A DNA stretch of 64,000 nucleotides from positions 3,426 through 67,425 of IMG/VR virus record IMGVR_UViG_2799113183_000001; one strand, 5' to 3'. The translations under genes were made by a program, and so were the position numbers. The notes under the pieces are model-generated. The model made no database searches, had not been told where the DNA came from, and worked only from the letters and a program-made list of their open reading frames with translations. This document shows positions 53,337-63,094 of this stretch, one piece after another (position 1 is the first letter of the stretch; every line of letters begins with the position of its first letter). The DNA is from a virus. Lineage: Duplodnaviria > Caudoviricetes.

Positions 53337-53501
53337 ATGGCAGAAGACGTGTACAAGCGGGGCGCGGTCAAGGCTTGCGAGTCAGCGGTTGCGATCAAGC
53401 GCGAAGACGGTTCGGGACCTACGTCGTGGGCGGTGATGACCATCGAAAATGGTGGCCATTATGGCTCTTTCGATGAAGTGGCCGAGTGGGGGGATAGGTG
53501 A
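53337..53501 (+). CDS. small hypothetical protein
   Basis: Abuts the upstream stop; 54 aa. Confidence 0.55.
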   Translation: MAEDVYKRGAVKACESAVAIKREDGSGPTSWAVMTIENGGHYGSFDEVAEWGDR

Positions 53502-53505
53502 ATGA

Positions 53506-53781
53506 ATGGCGTTGAAGAAGTTCGTCAAGGACCCTAACGCGGTACTTGACTACACGCTTGATTGGAGTGCGTGGCTTGCCCCTGGCGACACATTGGTGTC
53601 TGCGGTGGCGTCGGCGACGACGGGGTTGATGGTCGATCAGACCGCGAATACCACTGCCGAGGCGACGGTTTGGTTGTCGGGTGGTACTGCGGGGACGACC
53701 TATGACGTGACGGTTCATGTGACGACCGCTGGCGGTCGCCAGGATGACCGGACGATTCAGATTCAGTGCAAGGAGTTGTAG
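53506..53781 (+). CDS. tail fibre adaptor-like protein
   Basis: KDPNAVLDYTLDWSAWL...VWLSGGT motif. Confidence 0.7.
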   Translation: MALKKFVKDPNAVLDYTLDWSAWLAPGDTLVSAVASATTGLMVDQTANTTAEATVWLSGGTAGTTYDVTVHVTTAGGRQDDRTIQIQCKEL

Positions 53782-53911
53782 TGGAGAACGAGGACAATGT
53801 GCAGCTCTTGGTAATTCGGACTTGGGCCGATGCTGAGGTAACGCGCGGCGGGCAGCCGGAGGACTAGCTAGCTCGCCTGCGCTTCTAACAATTGAATAGG
53901 GAAAACTGAAT

Positions 53912-54301
53912 ATGGCTATTGGAATTTCTGTATCTGGGCTAGCCAACCGAATTCTGGACCATTTGCGTGGTGGTACTGCGTGGACGCAGCCAGCGACCTT
54001 GCGTGTGCAGTTGCATACGGGCGATCCTGGCGCGAGCGGAACGGCGAATGTTTCTGCGGTGACGACTCGTTCGCAGGCGACGTATGGGCCTGCCGCTGGC
54101 GGTGCTATCGCGTTGACGGGCACGAATCCGTCTTGGTCGATGACCGCGACGGAGGACATCAAGTACATCTCTGTTTGGGATGCGGCTTCGGCGGGTGTGT
54201 TCTTGTGGTCGGCACAGTTGGCTGTCGTGAAGAGTGTGCAGGCTGGCGACTCGTTGACGTTGACGAGCTGTGGTCTGTCGCTTGGGCCTTTGGCGGCGTA
54301 A
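53912..54301 (+). CDS. tail fibre-associated protein
   Basis: LANRILD...VQLHTGDPGASGTAN motif. Confidence 0.75.
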   Translation: MAIGISVSGLANRILDHLRGGTAWTQPATLRVQLHTGDPGASGTANVSAVTTRSQATYGPAAGGAIALTGTNPSWSMTATEDIKYISVWDAASAGVFLWSAQLAVVKSVQAGDSLTLTSCGLSLGPLAA

Positions 54302-55888
54302 ATGGCGTTGGGGCTGACGACGATTACGGCGGTCGGCTCTTACACCTACACGTTGCCTCCGGAAGCTAACCGCGTCGATGTGATTGTCATCGGCGGCGGT
54401 GGCGGTGGTGGTGGCGGCGATGGTGGTCTGAACACGACCGGCGAGGGCGGCAAAAAGGGGACCTGGCAGACATTGCAGCTTGTTAGGCCCGATGGTGGCG
54501 CGTGGGCTGCGGCGACGGTGACGGGCTCGAATGGCGCGGGTGGTAGTGCGGGGCCTAAGGAATCCAGCGGCGGTGCAGGTGGTAACACGACCGCAGTCTT
54601 CAACGGATCTACGACGACCGCTGCTGGCGGCGCTGGTGGCGCGGGCGCGTACTCGGGCAACGGTAAGAACACTCCTGGCGAGAGTCCTGGGAATACGACC
54701 TTCAACGGTCGCACCTACACGGGCGGTATTGGCGGGTCTACGAACAACGCTGGCACTGCGCCTGGTGGTGGCGGCGGTCCGGGCTCTGGTGGGTTCTTCG
54801 GTGGCGGCAATCCGGGTAAGGCTGGTGGCGAAGGCCGCGTGTGGTTCTACGCCTGGTACGAGCCGGTCGCTTGGACGGCTGACACTTCGCTCGCCGTCAG
54901 TGTTGGTGCGAATGCTGCGGTGCGTTCAAGTTTCGCGGCTGCGGCGGCGCTGGCCGTTGTGGCAGCGGCGAATGTTGTCGGTTCGCGCGGAATGTCAGCG
55001 AGCGCGAATCTGGGCGTGGCCGCGACGCCTTCAACGGGACCGAAGTATCTGGCGAATGCGCAGAGCAATCTAGTGGTAAACGGCGTCTTCACGGGCGCGG
55101 TGACGAAGGTACTTAATGGCGTTGTGAGCCTGGCTATTGCGGCTCAAACGTCCGCCGCGGCGACCGAGCACGATGTTGCGGATTCAGCCCTGGATGTGAT
55201 CATTTCCCCGTCTGCGGGCATGGCGTCGGATCAGGGCTTTGAAGGCTCCTTGGCTGTTGCGGCTGCTATGGCTGCTGCGGCGTCGCTTGGGCAGAACCTT
55301 GCTGCGGCGCTGAGTCTTTCGGTGACTCCGAGTGCATCCGTGACATATAGGGGTGGCGTTGATTCCAGCCTGGCCGTGAATGTGTTTCCCGAGGCATCGG
55401 CGGCGCGTGATGCTCGCGGGGGAGCGAACCTTGGCTTGTCGGTGGCGACGAGTGTTGACGGTGTTGGTGGTGATACCGGCGATGTCGCACTGGAGGTGTT
55501 GGCGCAACTGACGGCCTCTGCGATGGTTGCGCGGCGTGGACGGGCTGACCTGGGGGCGTTATTCACGACGGGCGCGGTACTGGCGGCACTCTGGGAAGCG
55601 ACAGCCGATCTGGAAGTTGTTGCGGCAACGTATGTCCGCTTTGACAGTCCGCGTGAGATTGTCGATGTTCCATTCGATGACCGCGCGGTGTTTGTGCTGG
55701 CGGAAGACCGCTACTTGGTGGTCGGTCCGGATGGCAGGGCAGTGATGGTCCAGTTTCAGGAGCGGGCTGCGCTTGTTGACGGCGAAGTGTTCCGTGTCGA
55801 GGTTGCGGGGGAATCTCGTCGTGTTGTCGCCGCTGGAGAGTCGCGTGTATGTGCCGTGCCTCCGGAGATGACTAATAGCACCGTTTAG
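54302..55888 (+). CDS. minor tail/fibre protein (Gly-rich N-terminus, Ala-rich repeats)
   Basis: VIVIGGGGGG motif; repeated A..L.V...A units. Confidence 0.8.
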   Translation: MALGLTTITAVGSYTYTLPPEANRVDVIVIGGGGGGGGGDGGLNTTGEGGKKGTWQTLQLVRPDGGAWAAATVTGSNGAGGSAGPKESSGGAGGNTTAVFNGSTTTAAGGAGGAGAYSGNGKNTPGESPGNTTFNGRTYTGGIGGSTNNAGTAPGGGGGPGSGGFFGGGNPGKAGGEGRVWFYAWYEPVAWTADTSLAVSVGANAAVRSSFAAAAALAVVAAANVVGSRGMSASANLGVAATPSTGPKYLANAQSNLVVNGVFTGAVTKVLNGVVSLAIAAQTSAAATEHDVADSALDVIISPSAGMASDQGFEGSLAVAAAMAAAASLGQNLAAALSLSVTPSASVTYRGGVDSSLAVNVFPEASAARDARGGANLGLSVATSVDGVGGDTGDVALEVLAQLTASAMVARRGRADLGALFTTGAVLAALWEATADLEVVAATYVRFDSPREIVDVPFDDRAVFVLAEDRYLVVGPDGRAVMVQFQERAALVDGEVFRVEVAGESRRVVAAGESRVCAVPPEMTNSTV

Positions 55889-55902
55889 GGGGGTGTGTTG
55901 AA

Positions 55903-56841
55903 TTGTTGAGTATCAATCCGATTATGGACTCTTTGAGTTTGTCAAAGGGTGCGAGTTTGGATATTCCGTCCCATCGGTTGCGTGGTGATTTCCCTGCGGG
56001 CACCGAGGCTTCGCTTGTTTTCACTGATTCTGCTGGCGCGGAGTTGGGCAAGTTTGATGGTTCCGTGGATAAGGTTGGTGTCTCATTTCTGGAGGAACCG
56101 GCCACAGTCAAGGACATTCGGCATGGTGACAATTTCCAAGTATTTCTGACGTTGCCTGATGGGCGCGTGGAGCTGTATCGGTATGGGACGGTTGTTCGGG
56201 ATGAGCCGAAGTATCCGCTTGAACGGATTATCGACCCGGAGGATACGGCGAAGCAGTACAAGGCGAATTTCCGTGGTAAGTACATCGGCCCGATGTGGCG
56301 TCCAATGGGCGGCACGGGTTCGTTGGAGATTCACGAGCATTCGTTGATTTCGCAGGACCCGTCTATGGGTCCGAAGTATCCGCTGTTCACGTCTGCGGCT
56401 GCTCGTTGGTTGTGGCCGATGAATATGGATTCGGTGACCATTGTGGTCAAGGTTCTGAATGTAGGTGCAGGAAAGTTCAACGTTGTTGTCTGCTCGGACT
56501 ATGCGATGCAAACCTATATGGGCATCCAGTTCGAGACCGGCATTGTAAATAACAAGGTTCACGTTATCACTGGTAAGGGGCCGGTTGCTTGGGATTACCA
56601 GGGTTCGCCGGTCGATAACACGACGGCTAATGGTGACGTGTACACGATTAAGTACAACTACCTTGCCAACAAGCTGGCTTGCTATAAGGGCACTTCTCTG
56701 TCGCCGCTTATTGAGTGGGCTGATACGGGGAATTTGATTCCTCATGGTGAGGGGTTCCGTTATACGGGTGTGTCGTGGAATACGGCTTTGTTGTCGCCTG
56801 GTGTCGAGCCGACTGCCTGGGAAGCCAAGGACGGTGTGTAG
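55903..56841 (+). CDS. minor tail protein (two-domain, lectin-like C-terminus)
   Basis: LSLSKGASL N-domain; beta-rich C-domain ending GEGFRYTG. Confidence 0.7.
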   Translation: MLSINPIMDSLSLSKGASLDIPSHRLRGDFPAGTEASLVFTDSAGAELGKFDGSVDKVGVSFLEEPATVKDIRHGDNFQVFLTLPDGRVELYRYGTVVRDEPKYPLERIIDPEDTAKQYKANFRGKYIGPMWRPMGGTGSLEIHEHSLISQDPSMGPKYPLFTSAAARWLWPMNMDSVTIVVKVLNVGAGKFNVVVCSDYAMQTYMGIQFETGIVNNKVHVITGKGPVAWDYQGSPVDNTTANGDVYTIKYNYLANKLACYKGTSLSPLIEWADTGNLIPHGEGFRYTGVSWNTALLSPGVEPTAWEAKDGV

Positions 56842-57068
56842 TGGGCATATCTGAGCGTATTGACAGGTTCCAGGATGCTATTGCGGACAAGATCGCGGAG
56901 AAGGTTGCGGAGCGCATTCCTGGTATCGCGAATCATATTTCAGATTCGATCATTGATGAGTTGGGTGATCTCGCCGAGGGTATTTCCAAGGGGATCATTT
57001 CGCAGGTGTCGGGGTCGATTAAGGATTTCATCGATAAGTTGAATCCGTTTAAGCGTATTGGGGGGTAA
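56841..57068 (+). CDS. small helical protein upstream of lysin A
   Basis: TAGTG and TAATG coupling. Confidence 0.6.
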   Translation: MGISERIDRFQDAIADKIAEKVAERIPGIANHISDSIIDELGDLAEGISKGIISQVSGSIKDFIDKLNPFKRIGG

Positions 57069-58222
57069 TGGGTTCAAAGGATGACTATGCGCGTGCGATT
57101 ATCGCGGAAGGTAAGCGCAGGGGGATTTCCCCACTCGGCATTCAGATCGGATTGGCGACTGTTTATGTGGAGTCGGATTTCATCATGTATGCCAATGAAG
57201 ATGATCCGGAATCGTTGAATTATCCGCATGAGGCGTTGTCTGAGGATGCGAACTCGACTGGATTGTTTCAGCAGCGTGCCCCGTGGTGGGGAACTGTAGC
57301 CGACCGCATGGACGCTACTCGCTCTGCCGGTTTGTTCTTTGCGGCACTAGCCAAGCTCGACTACAACAACCCGGCTCGCAGTCCCGGTTCATATGCGCAG
57401 GCCGTGCAGAAGTCGGCGTTTCCAGACCGGTATGACAAGCGCTTCAACGACGCCGTTGTTTTGTACAACAGGCTGGAGGCGAGTGTTGTGGTTGATCGGC
57501 CAGATTTCAATGAGTATCCGATCTGGTCGGACAACAACCAGAGCCGTGGCGGCGCGAAGGTTGACCTGTTCCTGCTTCATACGCAAGAAGGGGACAGCAA
57601 TGCCGACCAGTTGGCCCGCTACTGCGGAAACCCGGCTCCAGGCGGCGATCCGAAAAAGGCTGTTTCGTACCACTACACAGTGAGTGAGGACGCCAACGAT
57701 CACGGGGTAACGGTTGTCGATGTCGTTGACACGGACTACGCGTCGTGGTCGGTAGGGAACGCGAACAACCGGTCAATCAACCTGTGTTTCGCGGGATCTA
57801 GGGCTGCGTGGACGCGTCAGGACTGGTTGGCTAAGGCGCCCAAGGCTATTGCGGCTGCGGCGTATCTGGCTGCTCAGGACTGCAAGAAGTATGGAATCAA
57901 GCCGTTCGTGATCGTTCCGCCGTATGACGCTGATCCTCCGGGGATTTCAGATCACCGCTACGTGACTGAGCACTTGGGGTGGGGCACGCACACTGACGTT
58001 GGAGACGGGTTTCCTTGGGATGTCTTTATCGCTGCCGTGAACAAGTACTCCGGAAACGAGACTGTGACACCAGGATTCATGTACCCATCGACTGAGGTCA
58101 TGATCCGTGAGATTTGGGAGCAGCTTCGTGGTCCCGAGGCGAAGGGTTGGCCGCAGCTCGGCAGGAACGCCAAGGGGGAGAACCTGTCCTTGGTGGACGC
58201 TATCGCAAAGTTGGTGGCGTAA
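57068..58222 (+). CDS. lysA: lysin A (N-terminal muralytic domain + Zn amidase)
   Basis: STGLFQQR..WWG domain; LLHTQEG, SYHY, NNRSINLC, HTDVG amidase motifs; C-terminal EIWEQLRGP..KGWPQLG. Confidence 0.92.
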   Translation: MGSKDDYARAIIAEGKRRGISPLGIQIGLATVYVESDFIMYANEDDPESLNYPHEALSEDANSTGLFQQRAPWWGTVADRMDATRSAGLFFAALAKLDYNNPARSPGSYAQAVQKSAFPDRYDKRFNDAVVLYNRLEASVVVDRPDFNEYPIWSDNNQSRGGAKVDLFLLHTQEGDSNADQLARYCGNPAPGGDPKKAVSYHYTVSEDANDHGVTVVDVVDTDYASWSVGNANNRSINLCFAGSRAAWTRQDWLAKAPKAIAAAAYLAAQDCKKYGIKPFVIVPPYDADPPGISDHRYVTEHLGWGTHTDVGDGFPWDVFIAAVNKYSGNETVTPGFMYPSTEVMIREIWEQLRGPEAKGWPQLGRNAKGENLSLVDAIAKLVA

Positions 58223-59307
58223 TGGCTTGGCGTGGCTACGAATTGGGCATGACTGATCCGAAAGACGTTGACGGGAAAATTGTTCCGGGCGGCATGATCT
58301 GGCAGCTTCAGGACAAGCTAAAGCGGAAGTATGCGAGCTACACGGGTGCCGTGGTGGTGTCGGGACGATATGACGGCGCGACGTTTACGGCTGTCGGTGA
58401 GTTCCAGAAGCGGGCCGGACTGATCGGCAACGGCGTGAAGCCGGACGAGGTTGGTATCGCGAACTACGCGACGCTGGTTCGGATGGGTGTTGTCACGACG
58501 ACGCCACCTCGCGCACCGCTGACGATATTCACGGCTGCCGGTACCTGGTCGGATATGTGGACGGGTTTTCAGGCCGATGTTGCGCGGGACCTTGACCGGC
58601 GCTACTTCTTCTGGCAGCCCATCTGGTACCCGGCCTCATTTGGTCCGGTTGGTGGTGGGCCTGCCCCGAGCTACGAGGAGTCGGTAGCGCTCGGTGTCGA
58701 GGAAGGCATTCGCCTTATCAAGGCGACACCTGGCGAGTTCGCGTTGTGCGGGTACAGCCAGGGTGCTGAGGTAGTTGCCCGGATTCTGATCGAACTGGTC
58801 TCAGGGCGGCTCAGGGATCGGCTAAATGACTGCCTGTGGTTCGTTGCGTTCGGTAACCCGGCGCGGCAACCCGGCGTGTGTGTGGGTCGTGATCCTGGCG
58901 GCTCGGGTATCTCGGGTATCCGGTTCGCGGTTCCGGCGTCGGTGACGGTGCTGGATTACGCGATTGACGGCGACATGTACTGCACCACTCCGGATGGCAC
59001 GGAGGGCGGTACGAACATGCGTGCCGTGTACAAGGCGTTGACGAAGATGCAGATCCATGATCCTGGCCGGGACATCATTTCGGCCCTGACGGGCGATCCG
59101 TCGCTGATGCGCCAGTTGATCAAGCTGTTCGGCGATCCGATCAAGGGTGGGATCGGTCTGGTTGATGCATTGTTCCGGCTTGCGAAGTTCGCGATCACTG
59201 GGGCGCATGGCCGCTACTGGGAGTACGAGGTGTTTCCGGGGGTCACTCCGGTTCGGCACGCGATTGAAACATTGAATGCGGATGCCGCTCGATTGTTGGC
59301 GGCGTAG
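58222..59307 (+). CDS. lysB: lysin B (cutinase-like esterase with peptidoglycan-binding N-terminus)
   Basis: GYSQGA nucleophile elbow, FGNP, DGDMY. Confidence 0.92.
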   Translation: MAWRGYELGMTDPKDVDGKIVPGGMIWQLQDKLKRKYASYTGAVVVSGRYDGATFTAVGEFQKRAGLIGNGVKPDEVGIANYATLVRMGVVTTTPPRAPLTIFTAAGTWSDMWTGFQADVARDLDRRYFFWQPIWYPASFGPVGGGPAPSYEESVALGVEEGIRLIKATPGEFALCGYSQGAEVVARILIELVSGRLRDRLNDCLWFVAFGNPARQPGVCVGRDPGGSGISGIRFAVPASVTVLDYAIDGDMYCTTPDGTEGGTNMRAVYKALTKMQIHDPGRDIISALTGDPSLMRQLIKLFGDPIKGGIGLVDALFRLAKFAITGAHGRYWEYEVFPGVTPVRHAIETLNADAARLLAA

Positions 59308-59322
59308 ATAAGGGGGCCAGCG

Positions 59323-59772
59323 TTGTTGGTTTTTGATGAACAGGTTCCGGCCTTGGGCGATGAGTTCGAGGGCGAGGAGGTAACGCTATTGGCGGTCCGT
59401 GGCGGGCGTGTCGATAAGCATTTCCGCCGCAACTATTCGTGGGTTAAGCACGCGGCGGATTGCGGGAAGCTCAAGAAGATTCGTGTCGTGGTGGAGATTA
59501 CGGCGGATTCTTGGGTGCATACCGTTGGCGCTGTTACGTCGGCCTTGTCGGGTCAGCGCCTCCATTCGAGTGGTGAGTTCCGCGTGTTTTCGCCGATGAG
59601 CATGTCTGTTTCGGGTACTGCCGAGAAGGTGAATGAGGCGTTGAAGGAATTGGCGCCGGTTCGACAGTCGGTTGCCGAGGTGAAGCCTGCTCCGCGTGCG
59701 AATGAGCCGCGCGCGAAGGTTGCATCTGAGAAGAATAAGGAGGGGGCACGTAATGAAGGTGTTCGGGCGTAA
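59323..59772 (+). CDS. hypothetical protein
   Basis: 149-aa ORF in the lysis operon. Confidence 0.6.
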   Translation: MLVFDEQVPALGDEFEGEEVTLLAVRGGRVDKHFRRNYSWVKHAADCGKLKKIRVVVEITADSWVHTVGAVTSALSGQRLHSSGEFRVFSPMSMSVSGTAEKVNEALKELAPVRQSVAEVKPAPRANEPRAKVASEKNKEGARNEGVRA

Positions 59773-59968
59773 GCCGTCAGAGCTACGCAAGACTGCGGTA
59801 GTCGTTCTAGGAGCTCTGTTGGTGCTTGTTGCGGCTGTCCCGGTGGGCCTGCCAGCGCAGTTGGCGGGTGTTATCGGCGCGGTTGGTTTGGCCGCTAAGG
59901 CGCTGCATTTGTATTTGACGACTCCAAGTGTCGCTGACTTGATCGACTCTACGGACAATTTGGAGTAG
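59753..59968 (+). CDS. holin
   Basis: Two TM segments, basic N-terminus, within the lysis cassette. Confidence 0.7.
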   Translation: MKVFGRKPSELRKTAVVVLGALLVLVAAVPVGLPAQLAGVIGAVGLAAKALHLYLTTPSVADLIDSTDNLE

Positions 59969-59974
59969 GGGCGA

Positions 59975-60394
59975 TTGGTGGAAGCGGGTTGGGCGAACCT
60001 CCTGGCAGAGCATTGGCCGTCAATGACTTTGGTGGCTGTGCTGCTATTCGGGGTGTATATCTGTGTCCGCTTTCTGGCGTTGACTTCCGAGTCTTTTAGC
60101 AGGGCGCTGGGTCCGATTGGGAAATTCATTCGGACCCGGCGCGCGCTATCTAAGGCTGAGGCCGACCTCTTGCGGGGGCAAGTGCTTGCGTTGGATGGCC
60201 GAGTCAGGTCGTTGTTGTATCGAGATGAATGTTATTTCGCGTACATGCTGGCCGACCAGGAATGGCACCATCGGCAGGAATTGCTTGCCGCTGCTCAGGG
60301 CTGGGCGCTTGAGCGTCATATGCCTTTCCTTGAGTTCCGCGATAAGTGGATGCGCGAACGCGGACTAGAGAAGGAAATTGAGCTTTGGAGGTAA
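59975..60394 (+). CDS. membrane protein (lysis-associated)
   Basis: N-terminal TM segment and coiled coil, downstream of the holin. Confidence 0.7.
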   Translation: MVEAGWANLLAEHWPSMTLVAVLLFGVYICVRFLALTSESFSRALGPIGKFIRTRRALSKAEADLLRGQVLALDGRVRSLLYRDECYFAYMLADQEWHHRQELLAAAQGWALERHMPFLEFRDKWMRERGLEKEIELWR

Positions 60395-60651
60395 CTATCT
60401 ATTCACCGGATGCCGCATGTCAGGCGTGCCGGATGACGAAGAATCGGCTGGACAAGAACGGCGTTCAATATTCGAGCGTTGTTGCTAGTGCTGGGCAGAT
60501 TGCGTCGTTTAAGGCTGACGGGCATTTGAGCTTCCCGGTGGTGGTGGTGGATTGTGGCGATGGCGCTACGTGGACGTGGGCTGGTTTTCGGCCTGACCAT
60601 ATGGCGCGGCTGTCGGAATTGGTACGGAAGGATTCGCCGGTAGCGGCGTAG
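60385..60651 (+). CDS. NrdH-like glutaredoxin
   Basis: TIYS...CQACRMTK..L...FPVV...WAGFRPD. Confidence 0.85.
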   Translation: MEVTIYSPDAACQACRMTKNRLDKNGVQYSSVVASAGQIASFKADGHLSFPVVVVDCGDGATWTWAGFRPDHMARLSELVRKDSPVAA

Positions 60652-60666
60652 TGAGTTTCATTGACT

Positions 60667-60729
60667 AGAAGGGCACCGTGTGCTCCCCCTTGTTTCCCCT
60701 GGGGGTTGAGCGCGCGGTGCCCTTCTTTT
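60667..60729 (+). terminator. intrinsic terminator ending the late operon
   Basis: 12-bp stem AGAAGGGCACCG/CGGTGCCCTTCT plus T tract. Confidence 0.85.
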
Positions 60730-60837
60730 GTTGTCTGGAGGACGCCTTGTCAGAGGTGGCAGGTTTGCTACTGCTGTTGTAGTGTGTCGCTGGTCACTCG
60801 TGGATGTGCGGGGGCGGTTGAAACCGAGGAGGTGGGG

Positions 60838-61155
60838 ATGGGTGGCGGCGTGATTAAGGCCGATCTTGAGGCGCTAGACAGGCTGGGTAAGCAGATCGAC
60901 GCCCTGCGGACCGAGATGCGTGGCGATATCGCTGGTGCTGCGGCTTCACCGGGGGCGAGTCCTGCGCTGGTGGCGTTGCAGCAATTGGCGACCGAGACGC
61001 TGCCGAACGTGGGGCGCGCCTTCGTGGGGTGGATGGGGGCGTTCAACGATGTGCGGGGCGCGTTCTTGTCGGGTGTGATCGAAACCGAGGAACACGGCGT
61101 CGCGGTGATGCGCTCGATTGGCAATATGTCCCGCAACCCGACTCCGTACAGCTAA
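60838..61155 (+). CDS. WXG100-like (ESX substrate partner) protein
   Basis: 105 aa helical hairpin (IKADLEALDRLGKQ), central W-x-G; RBS GAGGAGG; precedes the toxin. Confidence 0.7.
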   Translation: MGGGVIKADLEALDRLGKQIDALRTEMRGDIAGAAASPGASPALVALQQLATETLPNVGRAFVGWMGAFNDVRGAFLSGVIETEEHGVAVMRSIGNMSRNPTPYS

Positions 61156-61167
61156 AGGGGTTTGGGG

Positions 61168-63063
61168 ATGTCGGGGCCAACGAGGTCGATGATCCTTGGG
61201 ATCGATAAGAACTCCTACCGGCCTCTTTTGGATGCTGTGCACGCGATGGCCACCAAGTACGAGCAGCGGGTCTCCACGTTCAAGGGTTATGTCGATAAGC
61301 CTGGTGGCACCGCGTGGGAGGGTCAGACCGCCGAGGCGGGGCAACACAATGTCAACGACGGCTGGAAAGTCACGGCGCGGATTCAGGACATAGACACCAA
61401 GTTCCAAACGGTTGCTGGTCTGGCGGTAGATCATACGATTGTGCCCGAGTTGGGTAACTGTCAGACCATGATCGAAAACATTGAAGCTCAACGCAATAAG
61501 GGTCTGACCCTCACCGAGGATTTGGAGGTGGGTTATGACCCTCCACCTGGGGTGAGCGAGAAGCAGGCTGCCGAGAACGCGAAGGTCGCGGAGGCCAGGG
61601 GCAAGGAGCTTAAGGAGTCGGCGCGCAAATGGTGGGAGGCCGAACAAGAGGTCAAGCGCCTGGCCGAAGGTGCCGCCCGTGACATGGAGAACGAAGTCAA
61701 CAGTGCCGCAGGCACATTCGACATCGGTAAAGCCGTCAAAGACACCGCACCCGGCAAGCCCGACACCGCGCAGGACTCCAATTACTACAAGGAGCTGTAC
61801 CCGAAGAAGACCGCTCCGGCCTCGGTTGATCCTGGTGCCGGGACGCTCGGTGACAAGCTGGAACACATCAACAACCCCGGTCTCACCAAACCGGTTGCTG
61901 CGCCGGTAGACCCGAATGCTCCGGTCTACGGGCCGCCATCGGTGCAGAAGCTCGATCCAAACAGCCCCGAGGGCAAAGCCGCGATCGACAAGATGCGTGT
62001 CATCTTGTCTCCGGGCCGTACGCCAGCCGAAGTCGAAGACATCATCAATCGGGCCAAGAACTATGACCCCAACAAGCAGCTACCACCACCGAAGGCGCCA
62101 GAGGGCAACCCAACGCCGCATCGGCAATCCGGTGGCGAAGCGTTCGCCGAGTCGTGGGATCAAGCTGGCCGCGCCAAGGATGACCTGTTGGGCATTAACG
62201 GTGGCGACCACGCGAAAGAGGCGTGGAAGGGCGTCGCTAAAGGGCTATGGGATGTCGTCAACCCCGATCCCGTCCACCAAGTTGAACGCGGCATCGACCA
62301 GGCTAAAGGCGCTATCGATGAAGTCAAATCCGGCATCGACAACCCCAAAGCCTTCATCGGCAAACACGGCATAGAAATCGCCGCAGGCATCGCCACCGCA
62401 CCCCTGGGTGGCGAAGGCGCACTACTGGGCACCGAAGGCCGCGCCCTCACCCACGGACTCGAAGACGCTGCGCCAGGGCACCCACCCACCCCGCACAGCG
62501 TTGAATCCCCAAGCAGCGCAACCCACACCCCCATTTCGGATCATCCTGCACCGGCAAGTGCCGACCACTCGCAGCCACCGGACCACCCAAAGGGGCCTTT
62601 CCCGCTTCACGGCGAGCCGGGTTCTTACGGATATGACGCAGACGGTAACCGACTTCCATACGCAAACGGGGGCAGACCAGGCTATGCGGCAGACCAAGAG
62701 GCTACGACTTTCGACATCACACGCCAGGAGCAGCTTGCAGACATTGCAAACGGCGTGACCAAATTACCCCCGCCCGGACCAAGCGAGGTTTGGGTGCGGC
62801 TAATGGATGACGCGGAAGGCCCAGGTGTACGCGTGACAGAGACCGGCGAGCGGTACGGTTTAGTTCAATGGGAACCGGGTATGCCCAGAAAAGAAGTGTG
62901 GGACATGGGGCATGTACCTGGCTCCGAGTATCGGTACCTCAAAGAACTGTATATGAGCGGACAAATCACGCACGACCAATTCATGGCCGAGGTTAAGAAT
63001 CCAAACAACTATCGAGTTGAAGACTGGCTAAGAAATAGATCCCACGTGGACGAAGGCCCGTGA
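61168..63063 (+). CDS. polymorphic toxin: WXG-like N-terminus, Pro-rich linker, GH-E-type HNH/EndoVII nuclease C-terminus
   Basis: N-terminal WEG motif; C-terminal WDMGH..G.EY...F...NP.NYRVE...NRSH.DE. Confidence 0.85.
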   Translation: MSGPTRSMILGIDKNSYRPLLDAVHAMATKYEQRVSTFKGYVDKPGGTAWEGQTAEAGQHNVNDGWKVTARIQDIDTKFQTVAGLAVDHTIVPELGNCQTMIENIEAQRNKGLTLTEDLEVGYDPPPGVSEKQAAENAKVAEARGKELKESARKWWEAEQEVKRLAEGAARDMENEVNSAAGTFDIGKAVKDTAPGKPDTAQDSNYYKELYPKKTAPASVDPGAGTLGDKLEHINNPGLTKPVAAPVDPNAPVYGPPSVQKLDPNSPEGKAAIDKMRVILSPGRTPAEVEDIINRAKNYDPNKQLPPPKAPEGNPTPHRQSGGEAFAESWDQAGRAKDDLLGINGGDHAKEAWKGVAKGLWDVVNPDPVHQVERGIDQAKGAIDEVKSGIDNPKAFIGKHGIEIAAGIATAPLGGEGALLGTEGRALTHGLEDAAPGHPPTPHSVESPSSATHTPISDHPAPASADHSQPPDHPKGPFPLHGEPGSYGYDADGNRLPYANGGRPGYAADQEATTFDITRQEQLADIANGVTKLPPPGPSEVWVRLMDDAEGPGVRVTETGERYGLVQWEPGMPRKEVWDMGHVPGSEYRYLKELYMSGQITHDQFMAEVKNPNNYRVEDWLRNRSHVDEGP

Positions 63064-63094
63064 TTATGAGCGCTTCACACGGTAAGGTGAGATC

